DNA of 64,000 nt from Pirellulales bacterium (lineage in GTDB: Bacteria; Planctomycetota; Planctomycetia; Pirellulales; PALSA-1355). The stretch lies in contig CAVTBU010000005.1 in the NCBI GenBank assembly GCA_963733035.1, positions 2,400,001 through 2,464,000 of the forward strand. Direction: 5' to 3'. The position numbers and the translations under genes were made by a program. The notes beneath the pieces are model-generated. The model was given only the letters and a program-made list of their open reading frames with translations. It was not told the DNA's origin and made no database searches. Positions 19,528 through 29,297 of this stretch are shown piece after piece; the stretch's first letter is position 1, and every line of letters begins with the position of its first letter.

Positions 19528-19637
19528 CGCGATAATCTATAGCACGCGCGCAAGGCGAGCAAGGTGCAGGCGATCGGGTCTGTCGGCTTGGGATGGCTGG
19601 GTCGATTTCACGCGTGACGGCCAACAAAGTCGCCCCG

Positions 19638-20993
19638 CTAGAACGGCGCCGACGCTGGCTGCGGAACCTCGCGGGTGCTGGCGTATTGATCGCGATTGGC
19701 GTCCCACCACTTGCGCCATTTTTCGTAGGCGCTCTCGCAACTTGCCCACGGCTGAGATTGCCAGGCCACGGGTTGAATCCCCTGATTGCGACCGGTGAGC
19801 CGCTCGAGTCCCCGCGCGGCATGGAACCGCACGTCGGCGCCAGCGTCGGTCAATAGCGCGATCAGGTCGGCAATCCAGCGCGGTTGCGCCACGTCGGCCA
19901 CGATCCGCGCCGCGGTGGCTCGTTGGGGAGTGTTCGGCGTGGCGCGGGTCGACTCCAAATAAGCCAATAGCGGCGGCACGGCGCTATCGCCCAGCCGGCG
20001 GAGTTCGTCTTCGTAAAGCAGCGACAACTTCGCCGCGCCGACATTGGCCAACAACCGATCGACGCGCTCGACCAGCTCCGGATTCTTCGAGCCGCGCAGC
20101 GCCAGCACACCGTTGACCCAAGCCGTTTCCAAGAGTGCGTCGCGCGGCTGCGGATCGGCTTCAACTTTTCCACGGACAATGCGCACCTGTTTGCCGGCGC
20201 CGACCTCCACCGACTCACTGCCGGCCTCGACATTCACCGCGCCGCCGATGACGATCAGGCGTACCGCTGGCGGCTGACATTCGAGAGCCACTTCGGCTGC
20301 CTGTTTCGCCACGATCGTGCAGCCGGCCGTCGGAAATTCGAGACCGCTCGGGCCAGGTTGAATGCGAGACCAGAGACGTCCTTGTTTGACTTCGACCACT
20401 TTAGGCCTGCGGAGCGTGACTTCGGTATTGCGGTCGAGCCGCAGCGCGTTGCCGCCTGCCAGCGCGATTTCGCATTGTGCGGTCGGACCGGTGCGGATCA
20501 CCGAATCGCGCTGGATCGGTGTGGCCGGCTGACAGGTAAACGCGGGAATTTGACTGGCCGCCCGCACCTCGACCGGCGCCGACGCGACGGCCAGACGCGC
20601 AATCGGTTCGAATGCGGCTGACCGTGCCGGGACAAGGGTCTTGGATTGCCAGGGGCGAAGCAAAGCGACCGCCAGCAAAAACCCCGCGGCCGTGGCCAAC
20701 AATATCTGCCCCCAGGCCGGGCGCGCGGCCGGAGGTGCGGGCAGAGCACGCGACACGGGAATGTCACTCGAGGCGCGCACCATGGCCACGGCACGCTTGG
20801 CCATCCGCTCGGCCGCCTCGCGCCGCGGGACAAACGCGCACCGCAGTTCGACGTCGATGGTTCGCAGGCCCTCGGCCGCCTCGCGGCACTGCCAGCATGC
20901 GGCCAGATGCGCATTGAGCCCGGCTTCGGCCTCGGCGGAAAGTTCACCGTCGTTGCGGGCGTTGAGTTGGTTCAGAAATTCTTCGCAGTGCAT
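19638..20993 (-). CDS. Anti-sigma factor: zf-HC2 (ZAS) + TM + FecR-like + HEAT repeats
   Basis: HLAACWQC (HxxxCxxC), one TM segment, FecR-like IRTG...LRLDRNTEV and HEAT LIALLTD...VRFHAARGL. It lies directly downstream of an ECF sigma gene. Confidence 0.85.
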   Translation of the reverse strand: MHCEEFLNQLNARNDGELSAEAEAGLNAHLAACWQCREAAEGLRTIDVELRCAFVPRREAAERMAKRAVAMVRASSDIPVSRALPAPPAARPAWGQILLATAAGFLLAVALLRPWQSKTLVPARSAAFEPIARLAVASAPVEVRAASQIPAFTCQPATPIQRDSVIRTGPTAQCEIALAGGNALRLDRNTEVTLRRPKVVEVKQGRLWSRIQPGPSGLEFPTAGCTIVAKQAAEVALECQPPAVRLIVIGGAVNVEAGSESVEVGAGKQVRIVRGKVEADPQPRDALLETAWVNGVLALRGSKNPELVERVDRLLANVGAAKLSLLYEDELRRLGDSAVPPLLAYLESTRATPNTPQRATAARIVADVAQPRWIADLIALLTDAGADVRFHAARGLERLTGRNQGIQPVAWQSQPWASCESAYEKWRKWWDANRDQYASTREVPQPASAPF

Positions 20994-20999
20994 GGGGTT

Positions 21000-21556
21000 T
21001 TACCTCTGCATCCCGCTAAGCCGCTCTCGGAGCATGGCCCGGGCTTTGGTCAGGCGCGCGTTGATCGTCGCGGCCGAAACGCCCAGCGCGGTTGCCAGGT
21101 CCTGGTAGGTAACGTCATCGTAATAGTACATGAGGATCACTTCGCGAAATGGTTCCGGCAGCGTGGCGACTTCCGCCAGCAGCCGTCGCTCGTCGTCGGC
21201 CTGCGCCGCCGCCTCATCGGGCGTTGGGCCGTGGCGCGCAACCCACTGGTCGGCACGTCCATCGGTGAGTGCATCGAGCGATACTTGCTGGGCCTGGCCG
21301 CATTTCAGTCGGTCGAGGCAGACGCGCGAGGCAATGCCGCACAGCCAGGGACCGAACTTGGCGGGATCTTCCAGCGTGGCAATCGAGCGCAATCCGCGCA
21401 GCAGGGCCTCTTCGCGCATTCTTCGGCGGTGTGCGACGAGCGAGCGCGGGCATGGCAGATCGCCAGCACGCGCGCCGACCAGCGGCGCACCAGTGTCTCG
21501 TACGCAGCCAGTTGGCCCCCCTGCACCAGGCAGACCAGGTCGCTGTCTGACGACAT
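21000..21556 (-). CDS. ECF sigma factor, frameshifted near 21415-21420
   Basis: MSSDSDLVCLVQGGQLAAYETLVRRW joins EALLRGL...FGPWLCGIA...TYQDLATALGVSAATINARLTKAR (regions 2 and 4). Confidence 0.88.
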
Positions 21557-21754
21557 CCGCTTTGCTCCAGGTTGTCGCGGCCCGGTTCCGTGCCGCGCTC
21601 TCTTGATTGTAATGACGAGCGACCGGCGCACGTTATTAGTCGCGCCCGAAAAAAACTCGCGGGCCGCCATATTAACTCGTGCCGCCAACGCTACGAAATG
21701 GTGGGCGACACTCGTTGCATGGCACTCGATGAATTTGACACGGAGTTAATAACC

Positions 21755-23053
21755 ATGAACCGGAAAACGCGGACGATTTGGGCCAGTGCACTTGCCGCCG
21801 GATGCCTGGTGGTCTCCGTCAGCTTGCTACCTGGTTTGCTACAGGGGGGCGACTCGCGAAATGCTCTGCCGACACAAAAGACATTGCCCTCGGATAAGCT
21901 GGTCGTACACGAATGGGGCACCTTTACCAGCTTCTCCGGCAGCGACGGCGTCAACCTCGACTTCCGCCCGCTGGTGACGAGCGATCTGCCGCCGTTCGTC
22001 GAAAGACCGTCTTCGTGGCTGGCGAAGGATCGGGTTGTTGCCCAGCAGCGGATGGAGACGCCGGTCACGTACTTCTACACGGACGTACCGCGGACGGTAA
22101 ACGTGCGCGTCGATTTTCCCCAGGGGCTGCTGACCGAATGGTATCCCAGGGCAAAGCGGTTCGACGCCAGCGGTCAGAACCCCTTGAGCCTAGGGGGGCG
22201 TGCGTTCGTGGATTGGGGTCCCGTGCGCCTGACGCCGCCCGGGCAATTTGCAGACGTGCGTGTCCGCCTTCCCAAAGGGCAGATCGCGCCGGCTTCGCTG
22301 CCGCCAGTCGACGCTGGACACCACTACGGGCGGGCCCGCGAAACGGACTCGGCGATCGTCGAGACGGTCGACTGGAATCACATCAGCCACTTCGAAAAGT
22401 TCCTGTTCTACCGGGGCGTGGGGAATTTTGAGCTGCCGATCAAGCTGGTCGCGCTGGGGGGCGATCGCTTTGAAGTGACAAACTCGGGGGCAGAGGCCAG
22501 CGGCTCGCTGTTTCTGATGCGCGTCGACGGGCGGCGCGTTCGCTTCGCAAGCATCGAGTCGGTTGGCCCGCGGTCCACCCTCGAAGTCGAGCTGCCAAGC
22601 GTCAATTCAACGGTGTATCAGCTCGCCGACGCGGTGACCGACGCACTGGTGGCCACGGGTCTTTTTGATAAGGAAGCCTTGGCAATGGTGAACACGTGGC
22701 GCGGCAGTTGGTTTGGAGAAAACGGCACGCGGCTGCTGTACCTCATATCGAGCAAGGAAACCGACAAGCTGCTGCCGCTTTCGATCGAACCTGTACCCGA
22801 CGAATGCCTGCGCGTGCTCGTGGGCCGCCTGGAAACGCTCACGCCGGACGATTGCCAGAGGCTGACGAACCAGCTGGTGGGCGTGGTCGGCAACCGACCT
22901 TCGGCCGAGGAAGTTCAAAAGCACCTGACATCGCTCGGCCGATTTGCCGAACCGGCGGTTGCGTTTATCGCCAGCCAAACTGGCGACACCGAGACGCGCA
23001 CCTCGCTGGATTCCATCCTGGCGAAGGTTCGCGGAAAAACCAATGCAAGGTAG
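21755..23053 (+). CDS. Conserved hypothetical exported protein ('HEWGTFTS' family)
   Basis: Signal/TM segment followed by LVVHEWGTFTS, METPVTYFY, GLLTEWYP and EKFLFYRG motifs; 433 codons. Confidence 0.75.
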   Translation: MNRKTRTIWASALAAGCLVVSVSLLPGLLQGGDSRNALPTQKTLPSDKLVVHEWGTFTSFSGSDGVNLDFRPLVTSDLPPFVERPSSWLAKDRVVAQQRMETPVTYFYTDVPRTVNVRVDFPQGLLTEWYPRAKRFDASGQNPLSLGGRAFVDWGPVRLTPPGQFADVRVRLPKGQIAPASLPPVDAGHHYGRARETDSAIVETVDWNHISHFEKFLFYRGVGNFELPIKLVALGGDRFEVTNSGAEASGSLFLMRVDGRRVRFASIESVGPRSTLEVELPSVNSTVYQLADAVTDALVATGLFDKEALAMVNTWRGSWFGENGTRLLYLISSKETDKLLPLSIEPVPDECLRVLVGRLETLTPDDCQRLTNQLVGVVGNRPSAEEVQKHLTSLGRFAEPAVAFIASQTGDTETRTSLDSILAKVRGKTNAR

Positions 23054-23231
23054 TCGGAGAGCAGACGGCCTACCAGTCGGCCGTTGTGCTGCGCCGCAAT
23101 AGAACGGGCCGCGGCAACCGACGACCTGCCTGAGGGCGCTGGCCTGCGCACGACTTGCTTGCCAAGTCGACGCAGGCGGCGCCTGGGCACGCCAAGCCAT
23201 GCAAACGTACCCGAAGTTCGCGCAGCGTGCC

Positions 23232-24014
23232 CTACGAATGCGCGCCCAGGACTTGCTGGTCGAAGTCGATGATCGCGCCGGTCATCAGTCCCGAGCGGTC
23301 GGACAACAGGAACGCGACGACTCGGGCGACTTCGGCTGGTTTGACCAGGCGACCCAACGGCTGGGCGCGTTCAGCTTCTTTTAGCCAGCCGGGCTCGGCT
23401 TGATGAAAGCGCTGCTGCACCGCATCTTCACCCGGCGTATCCATCCAGCCGAGGTTCAGGCCGTTGACGCGGATGTGATTGTCCAGCACCGAGTTGGCAA
23501 CGTTCTTCGTCAGCGTGACCAGCGCGCCCTTCGACATCGAATACGGCGTGAGGAACGGCTGGCCGCCGTGGCTTGACATGCTGAGGATATTGACGATCGA
23601 GCCGCAAATCTTTCGCTCGAGCATCAGCTTCAAGGCGCCTTGCATCAGAAAGAAAGGAGCCCGCACGTTCAGCGCCACGATGCGATCGAACAGTTCTGGC
23701 GAACTGTCCAGGATCGTCCCCCGTTCGCTGGTGGCCGCGCTGTTGACGAGGTAGTCGATGCGATCGAACGTCCGCCACGTGTGCTCAATCACGCGGCGGC
23801 AATCCTCGACTCGCATCAAATCGGCCGGCACGAACTCGGTGCGGCACCCCGGCGTCGTCAACTCTTCCGCCAGGCGACGCCCCCTGTCCTTGTTTCGGCC
23901 GCAAATCACCAGGCCGCTGACCATCTTCTCGGCGATCAGCTCTCGCGCAATGGCTTCACCAAGTCCCTGGGTGCTGCCGGTCACCACTGCGACTTTCTGG
24001 GGAAGTTCTGACAT
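23232..24014 (-). CDS. Short-chain dehydrogenase/reductase (SDR)
   Basis: VTGSTQGLG and YSMSK (YxxxK) motifs. Confidence 0.93.
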   Translation of the reverse strand: MSELPQKVAVVTGSTQGLGEAIARELIAEKMVSGLVICGRNKDRGRRLAEELTTPGCRTEFVPADLMRVEDCRRVIEHTWRTFDRIDYLVNSAATSERGTILDSSPELFDRIVALNVRAPFFLMQGALKLMLERKICGSIVNILSMSSHGGQPFLTPYSMSKGALVTLTKNVANSVLDNHIRVNGLNLGWMDTPGEDAVQQRFHQAEPGWLKEAERAQPLGRLVKPAEVARVVAFLLSDRSGLMTGAIIDFDQQVLGAHS

Positions 24015-24127
24015 CGAATCGAAACCTCAGACAAAAACTGGATCACCCAGGGAGTCATTCTAGCCGATTCCCTTCGCGAAGGCCCAACATGCCGTAGCGA
24101 TCCGGATGAATCGGTGTCGCTTCGGCG

Positions 24128-24757
24128 TCACCCCTGAAATGACTTGCCGAGATACACCGTTCCCGAAGTTGACGTGCCTGTGCGGGCAAGTTCGTGGAAT
24201 CCCAGTCGCTCGTAGAAGCCCAGGGCCGGGGTGTTGAGAACGCTGACCGCTAGGTGCGCGCCCGGGGAGTCTCGCTCACGGAGCCTGTCCATGAGTTGTT
24301 CCATCATCCGGCGGCCGATACCCTGGCCGCGGGCTCGTTCGAGCAAGTCGATGTGCATGTGCGACGGGTAAGACGCATACGGTTCGGGGCAGAAATACTC
24401 GGGATGATGATACTGATGATGGACGGCCTGCGCTCGCGTCCAAGTGGTCGGCTCGCCGGTCGGCCGTGGAAACTGCTCGCAAAGTTTTGGCCGCCACTCG
24501 TGTTCGTAGCGCGCATAGAACGCATGCGAGTCGAGCGCCGCCAGGGCATAGCCGCACACGCCTTGGTTGTCTTCCACCACCAGACTCAAGTCGGGCTCGA
24601 AGGCTAGATATGGGCCGACATAGATTCGACCCAACGCCTCGGGGTCGTCGCGATAAAAAGGTTCGCCATCGCGGCCATGGTCGCCGGTCTTGAGGCAGAC
24701 ATAGTAGGCCGCGGATTGATCCTCGGTCCGAGCGCGGCGAATGGTGAAGTCGGACAT
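24128..24757 (-). CDS. GNAT family N-acetyltransferase
   Basis: HIDLLERARGQGIGRRM acetyl-CoA motif and NTPALGFYERLGF. Start at ATG 24757. Confidence 0.9.
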   Translation of the reverse strand: MSDFTIRRARTEDQSAAYYVCLKTGDHGRDGEPFYRDDPEALGRIYVGPYLAFEPDLSLVVEDNQGVCGYALAALDSHAFYARYEHEWRPKLCEQFPRPTGEPTTWTRAQAVHHQYHHPEYFCPEPYASYPSHMHIDLLERARGQGIGRRMMEQLMDRLRERDSPGAHLAVSVLNTPALGFYERLGFHELARTGTSTSGTVYLGKSFQG

Positions 24758-24773
24758 GAAGTCGGTCGGTTCG

Positions 24774-26109
24774 CTACAACAATTCCAGAAGCGGCTCGCG
24801 GTCGTCAAGCACGAATTGCGGGCGGCCGTTGTAGTCGAGGATCGTTGTGGCCGGATCGATGCCCAACTGATGGTAGACCGTGGCCAGCACGCTCTTCATG
24901 CCAATCGGTTTGCCGATCACTTTTTCGCCCCGCGAATCGGTGGCGCCGACGATCTGTCCGGTACGCAGTCCGCCGCCGGCCAACCACAGGAAACCGGCCT
25001 CGGGCCAGTGGCCGCGGCCGTCGGGTGTCTGATCGCCAATGCGCGGCGTGCGACCGAATTCGCCTCCCATCACAATCAGCACGTCGTCGAGCAGGCCGCG
25101 CTCGTCCAAGTCCGTTATCAAGGCGTAAAGCGCCTGGTCCAGCGGCGGCAACATGGCGCGCAACGCGGAAAAATTGGAGGCGTGCGTGTCCCAGCCGTGC
25201 ACGCCGACGGTCACCACGGATACTCCCGCCTCGATCAGCCGCCGCGCAAGTAGCAGCGAGGGTCCCGGGTGCGGGCCGTGATGGTACTTGCCCTCGCCAT
25301 AGCGCGCGGACCTGCGGCGACTCCTTGGCGCTGTCGAACGCGTCGCGCACTTGCGTCGAGGCAATGATCTCAATCGCCCGGGCCCGGAAGCGGTCGACCT
25401 CGCGGGCCGCGCCAATTTCCAGCCGGCGGCGTACGTCGTCGAGCGCGGCCAACAGGGCGCGACGATCGGATAGACGTTCGATGGAAACGTTCTGGTTGCG
25501 GCCCATGTCGTCGACGGCCTCGGGCGGGCTCGCAGATCCGACGCGAAACGGCTCGTGTTCAACGCCAGCGTAATAGGCACGCTCCCAATCGTGGTGATTC
25601 TCGATGCTCACGTAGCGGGGCAAATCGTTGGTGCCGGGCCGCAACAAACTGACAACCGAACCAACGGCCGGCCGCTGGGCCTCGCCCGGCACCGAAGCGC
25701 GCGGCGACTCCTGCCACGGAAATCCACTGTAGAACATGTTGCCCGTGTGCAGGTTGGCCACTTGCACTCCGCGGAGAATGGCGAACTTGTCGGCCACCTT
25801 GGCTTGCAGCGGCATGAGCTCGCAGATCTCAATCCCCGGAACCATCGTTCGGATGGGGCGGAACTCGCCGCGATATTCGGCCGGCGCCAGCGGCTTCATG
25901 TCATACATGTCCAGGTGCGACGGCCCGCCGCTCAAATGGATCATGATGACCGACGTCGGTCGGCGCTGACTGGACGCCGCGGCAGCTCGCTGACGCAATA
26001 GCTCGGGCAGCGCGAGTCCGCCCAGCGCGAGCGTGCCAACGCGGAGAAAACAGCGACGGCTGACACCGTCGCGCGAGTCGTTGGCAACAGGATGCGTTAT
26101 CGTGAGCAT
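24774..26109 (-). CDS. DUF1501 family protein (Tat-type signal), frameshifted near 25305
   Basis: SRRCFL, GGPSHLDMYDMKP, LLARRLIEAGV, WDTH and GEFGRTPRI motifs, split over two frames at a CG dinucleotide run. Confidence 0.88.
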
Positions 26110-26338
26110 GGCTTCGCCTCGACAACATTTGTTCCGATGCAAACCAACCCGGACGGTGATTCTAAAGCCTGCGAATCGAAACCGTCAATCTTCGCGCCAT
26201 TCGGCGACACAGTGATCAGGCGTACTTGAAGTGACGTCGGTGCTGACCATTTCCTGTCCAGGCGAGAAAGCGTCTCACTGGCCTGAACTTGAGGCTGATT
26301 GCGCCGCAAAAACCATCTCGCGGCGACGCGCGAATTCC

Positions 26339-27331
26339 TTACGGCTTCAACACGATCTTGCCCGCTAGCGTGCCGGCTTTGTGGATGGTGTTTTCTTCTT
26401 GCAGGCGGTGGGCGGCGGCGGCTTCTTCGAGCGGCATCACGCGGTCAACGTTCGCCTTCAGCTTGCCGGCGGCGTGCCAGCGGTTAATGTCGTCGGCGGC
26501 GGCCTGCTGTTCCTGCGGCATCGCGTTGAACATCGCAAAGCCGTGCAGCGAGCAGCCCTTCACGTAAAAAGGTCCCACCGGAAACGGCGGCCGCGCATCA
26601 CGTCCGGCCATCAGCACCATCCGGCCCCGCTGCGCGAGCAATCCGATCGTGCGGTCGAACTCTGGCTCGCGCAAGGTTTCCCACCACAGGTTGATGCCTT
26701 GCGGGGCAAACTCCTTGATCCGCGCGTCGACGTCCTCTTCCTTGTAGTTAATCGCCAGATCGGCCCCCAATTCGCGGCAAAGGTTCACCTTCTCGGGCGT
26801 GCCGGCCGTGGTGACCACGCGGGCGCCGATGGCCTTTGCCATCTGCAACACGGCCGAACCAACGCCGCCGGACCCGCCGTTGACAAACACCGTTTCGCCG
26901 GCGGCAAGCCTGGCGTCGCGCACCAGGCCCAGGTGGGCCGTGATGCCGACCAGCGCCAGCGCCACGGCGGTTTCGCTGTTGACTTCCGGCGGCGTGGCAT
27001 AGAGCCATTGTTCCTCGACCAGCGCGTAGTCGGCGAACGTGCCTTGCCGGCCCAGCAGCCCCTGGTTCGAACCCCACACGCGGTCGCCCCGTTTGAACCG
27101 CGTGACCGCCGGGCCGGCGGCCTCGACCGTGCCGGCCACGTCGCAGCCGATGATGTACGGGATCGGCAGCGGCATTGTGACCATGCCGCTCCGCACGTAG
27201 GTATCGATGGGATTGACGTCGACCGCCTCGACGCGCACAAGCACTTGCGAATCCGTCGGTTTTGGCTGCGGCAATTCTTCGATGCGAATAACTTCCGGCG
27301 GACCGGTGTGTCTGATCACGGCGGCTCGCAT
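26339..27331 (-). CDS. NADPH:quinone reductase / zeta-crystallin-like MDR
   Basis: VNPIDTYVRSG, GCDVAG and NGGSGGVG motifs. Confidence 0.92.
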   Translation of the reverse strand: MRAAVIRHTGPPEVIRIEELPQPKPTDSQVLVRVEAVDVNPIDTYVRSGMVTMPLPIPYIIGCDVAGTVEAAGPAVTRFKRGDRVWGSNQGLLGRQGTFADYALVEEQWLYATPPEVNSETAVALALVGITAHLGLVRDARLAAGETVFVNGGSGGVGSAVLQMAKAIGARVVTTAGTPEKVNLCRELGADLAINYKEEDVDARIKEFAPQGINLWWETLREPEFDRTIGLLAQRGRMVLMAGRDARPPFPVGPFYVKGCSLHGFAMFNAMPQEQQAAADDINRWHAAGKLKANVDRVMPLEEAAAAHRLQEENTIHKAGTLAGKIVLKP

Positions 27332-27361
27332 GCATGAATCTCCTTTTGCTGAAGCGAAGCG

Positions 27362-27874
27362 TTAGCGCCGAGCCCGAGGACGGTTGAACAGCACGATGCC
27401 GGCGCAGCCCAGGGCGGCCACGCCAAGCGCGAGCACGATGCCCATGCCCCACAGCATCATTTGCCGGATTTTGAGGACGGCATGCAAGTCATTTCGATTG
27501 CCCAGGCGACCGGTAGCCGCCTCTTTGTGGATCAACATTAGCTCGCCGGGGGCCGCGGCATCGACGGCCACATTGAACTCCTCATTGGTCGGCTGCACGA
27601 TCTGGGCCGGTAGCGAAGCCCACAAATAGATCGCCACGCCCACGCAAGTCAGCGCGCCGAGCACGAGCAGAAATGCGACCCGGTGTCGATCGTCCCAACT
27701 CTCGGCTTTGGCATCGCCGGCAGTGGCCCGCTCAAGCGGCTCCAATTCTTGCAGCCCGCGCATCGTCGGCACTTGCAGTTCGTTGCCGCAAACGCAACGA
27801 ACCGTTTCGCCCGCCTGCGCGGTCGATACGATCGTATGTTCTCCGCACTCGCACGGCAGCAAATACTCAGGCAT
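27362..27874 (-). CDS. Hypothetical membrane protein with an N-terminal CxCG...CxCG zinc ribbon
   Basis: MPEYLLPCECG...VRCVCG followed by two TM helices. Start at ATG 27874. Confidence 0.75.
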   Translation of the reverse strand: MPEYLLPCECGEHTIVSTAQAGETVRCVCGNELQVPTMRGLQELEPLERATAGDAKAESWDDRHRVAFLLVLGALTCVGVAIYLWASLPAQIVQPTNEEFNVAVDAAAPGELMLIHKEAATGRLGNRNDLHAVLKIRQMMLWGMGIVLALGVAALGCAGIVLFNRPRARR

Positions 27875-27923
27875 TCGTTCGCTCAACTGATAATGTCTTG
27901 GGCCGCCGCCAGCGGGATCAGCG

Positions 27924-28730
27924 TCACTCGGGAACACCCGATCCGCGGCTGGCCCACCAAGGGAGCGTGATGCCGCCGTCGACCAACAGCGCGCTGCCGG
28001 TAATATAGTCGCTGGCCGGATCACAAAGGAACACGACGGCACGACCGATCTCAGCGGGGCGCGCCAGCCGCTTCCAAGGTAACTTGGCGGCGGCCCGGGC
28101 AATCGTTTCGTCGTCGGCAAATTTTCGTTCGCCCGGCGTGTCCGTCCAGCCGGGTGTCACGATGTTGACGCGAATCCGGTGCTCCACCAGTTCGATGGCC
28201 GCGGTGCGGGCCATCTGATCGACGGCCGCCTTCGACATGTTGTAGGCCATCGAGCGGGGGATCGCCGTGTAGGCGTGGGGCGAACCGATCACCACGATCG
28301 AGCCCCCAGGGGGAGCCCCCGACTCGGCCTGGCGGATCATCTGCCGGGCGGCGGCGCGGGCCAGGTAGAACGGTCCCCACATCGTCACATCCACCGTCCG
28401 GCGGAAAGCGTCCAGGTCGGCCTCATAAAATGGTTCGCGGTGGCTGAACGCCGCCGACGCAACGGCGATGTCCAGGCGGCCAAACGCCGAGACCGTTTCG
28501 GCGACCATCCGTTCGACGTCGTCCACCTCGGCAACGTCTCCCTGGATCAGCATGGCCTGGTGGCCAGCGGCTTGCAGGCGTTCGATCGCGCCCGAGGCCT
28601 CGTGGGGCTGGTCGTAGTAGTTAAAGGCAACCCTGGCACCGGCTTCGGCCAAAGCAATGCCAGCCGCCAGGCCAATCCCCCGACTGGCTCCGGTGACGAG
28701 TGCAACCTGGTTGCCAAGGGGTTTGGACAC
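27924..28730 (-). CDS. SDR oxidoreductase (glucose 1-dehydrogenase/FabG-like)
   Basis: VTGASRGIG, YNMSK and DYITGSALLVDGG motifs. GTG start at 28730. Confidence 0.92.
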   Translation of the reverse strand: MSKPLGNQVALVTGASRGIGLAAGIALAEAGARVAFNYYDQPHEASGAIERLQAAGHQAMLIQGDVAEVDDVERMVAETVSAFGRLDIAVASAAFSHREPFYEADLDAFRRTVDVTMWGPFYLARAAARQMIRQAESGAPPGGSIVVIGSPHAYTAIPRSMAYNMSKAAVDQMARTAAIELVEHRIRVNIVTPGWTDTPGERKFADDETIARAAAKLPWKRLARPAEIGRAVVFLCDPASDYITGSALLVDGGITLPWWASRGSGVPE

Positions 28731-29297
28731 CGTTTTCCTCTCCGCGCACTGTGCCAGCAAATCGCCAATTGGCTGTATGCTACCGGGCCCTCGCCGGGGT
28801 GACAACGCACGGCAGCGGATCGAACACACACGCCACGGATGCATTCTTGGTTGCGCATCGCGGCAAGACTGGACCGGCATTTTGGAGTGACTAGAATTCA
28901 ACGCTTCGGTTACCGCGCGAGCGTGGCAACTGCGTGCAGAAAAAGGTGCGAATAAGGTCGTATAGGTAATTTACGGTAAATGGGAAGGATGATTGAGCAA
29001 TCACCAGTCGTAATCTTTTGCCAAATGAATGCCGCGACCGGCGACTCAACAATCGGGTGATAGAATTTGTTGGATTTTCGCCACCTTTGAAGTGATAATG
29101 TTGGGGCTAGACCGGTGCTGAAACAATCAACGCCCGTGTTCGTTACACGCAGGAGCGCAGGGTGGGCCGGAGGTTTTGTGACCTCACCGTGCCTAAGCGC
29201 ACACCAAATGATTGAAGCATGTCCAGCCGGTCATTTCCGCCGACGTATTTAACGCTCGCGATACGCATTCACCAGTTACACCGTAGGGAGTGACGAC

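Noticed and set aside
28740..29290. Long AT-rich intergenic region as a possible ncRNA or foreign insert
   Set aside because: It is adequately explained as the divergent promoter region of the sigma-70 and SDR genes; I saw no convincing structure or repeats.
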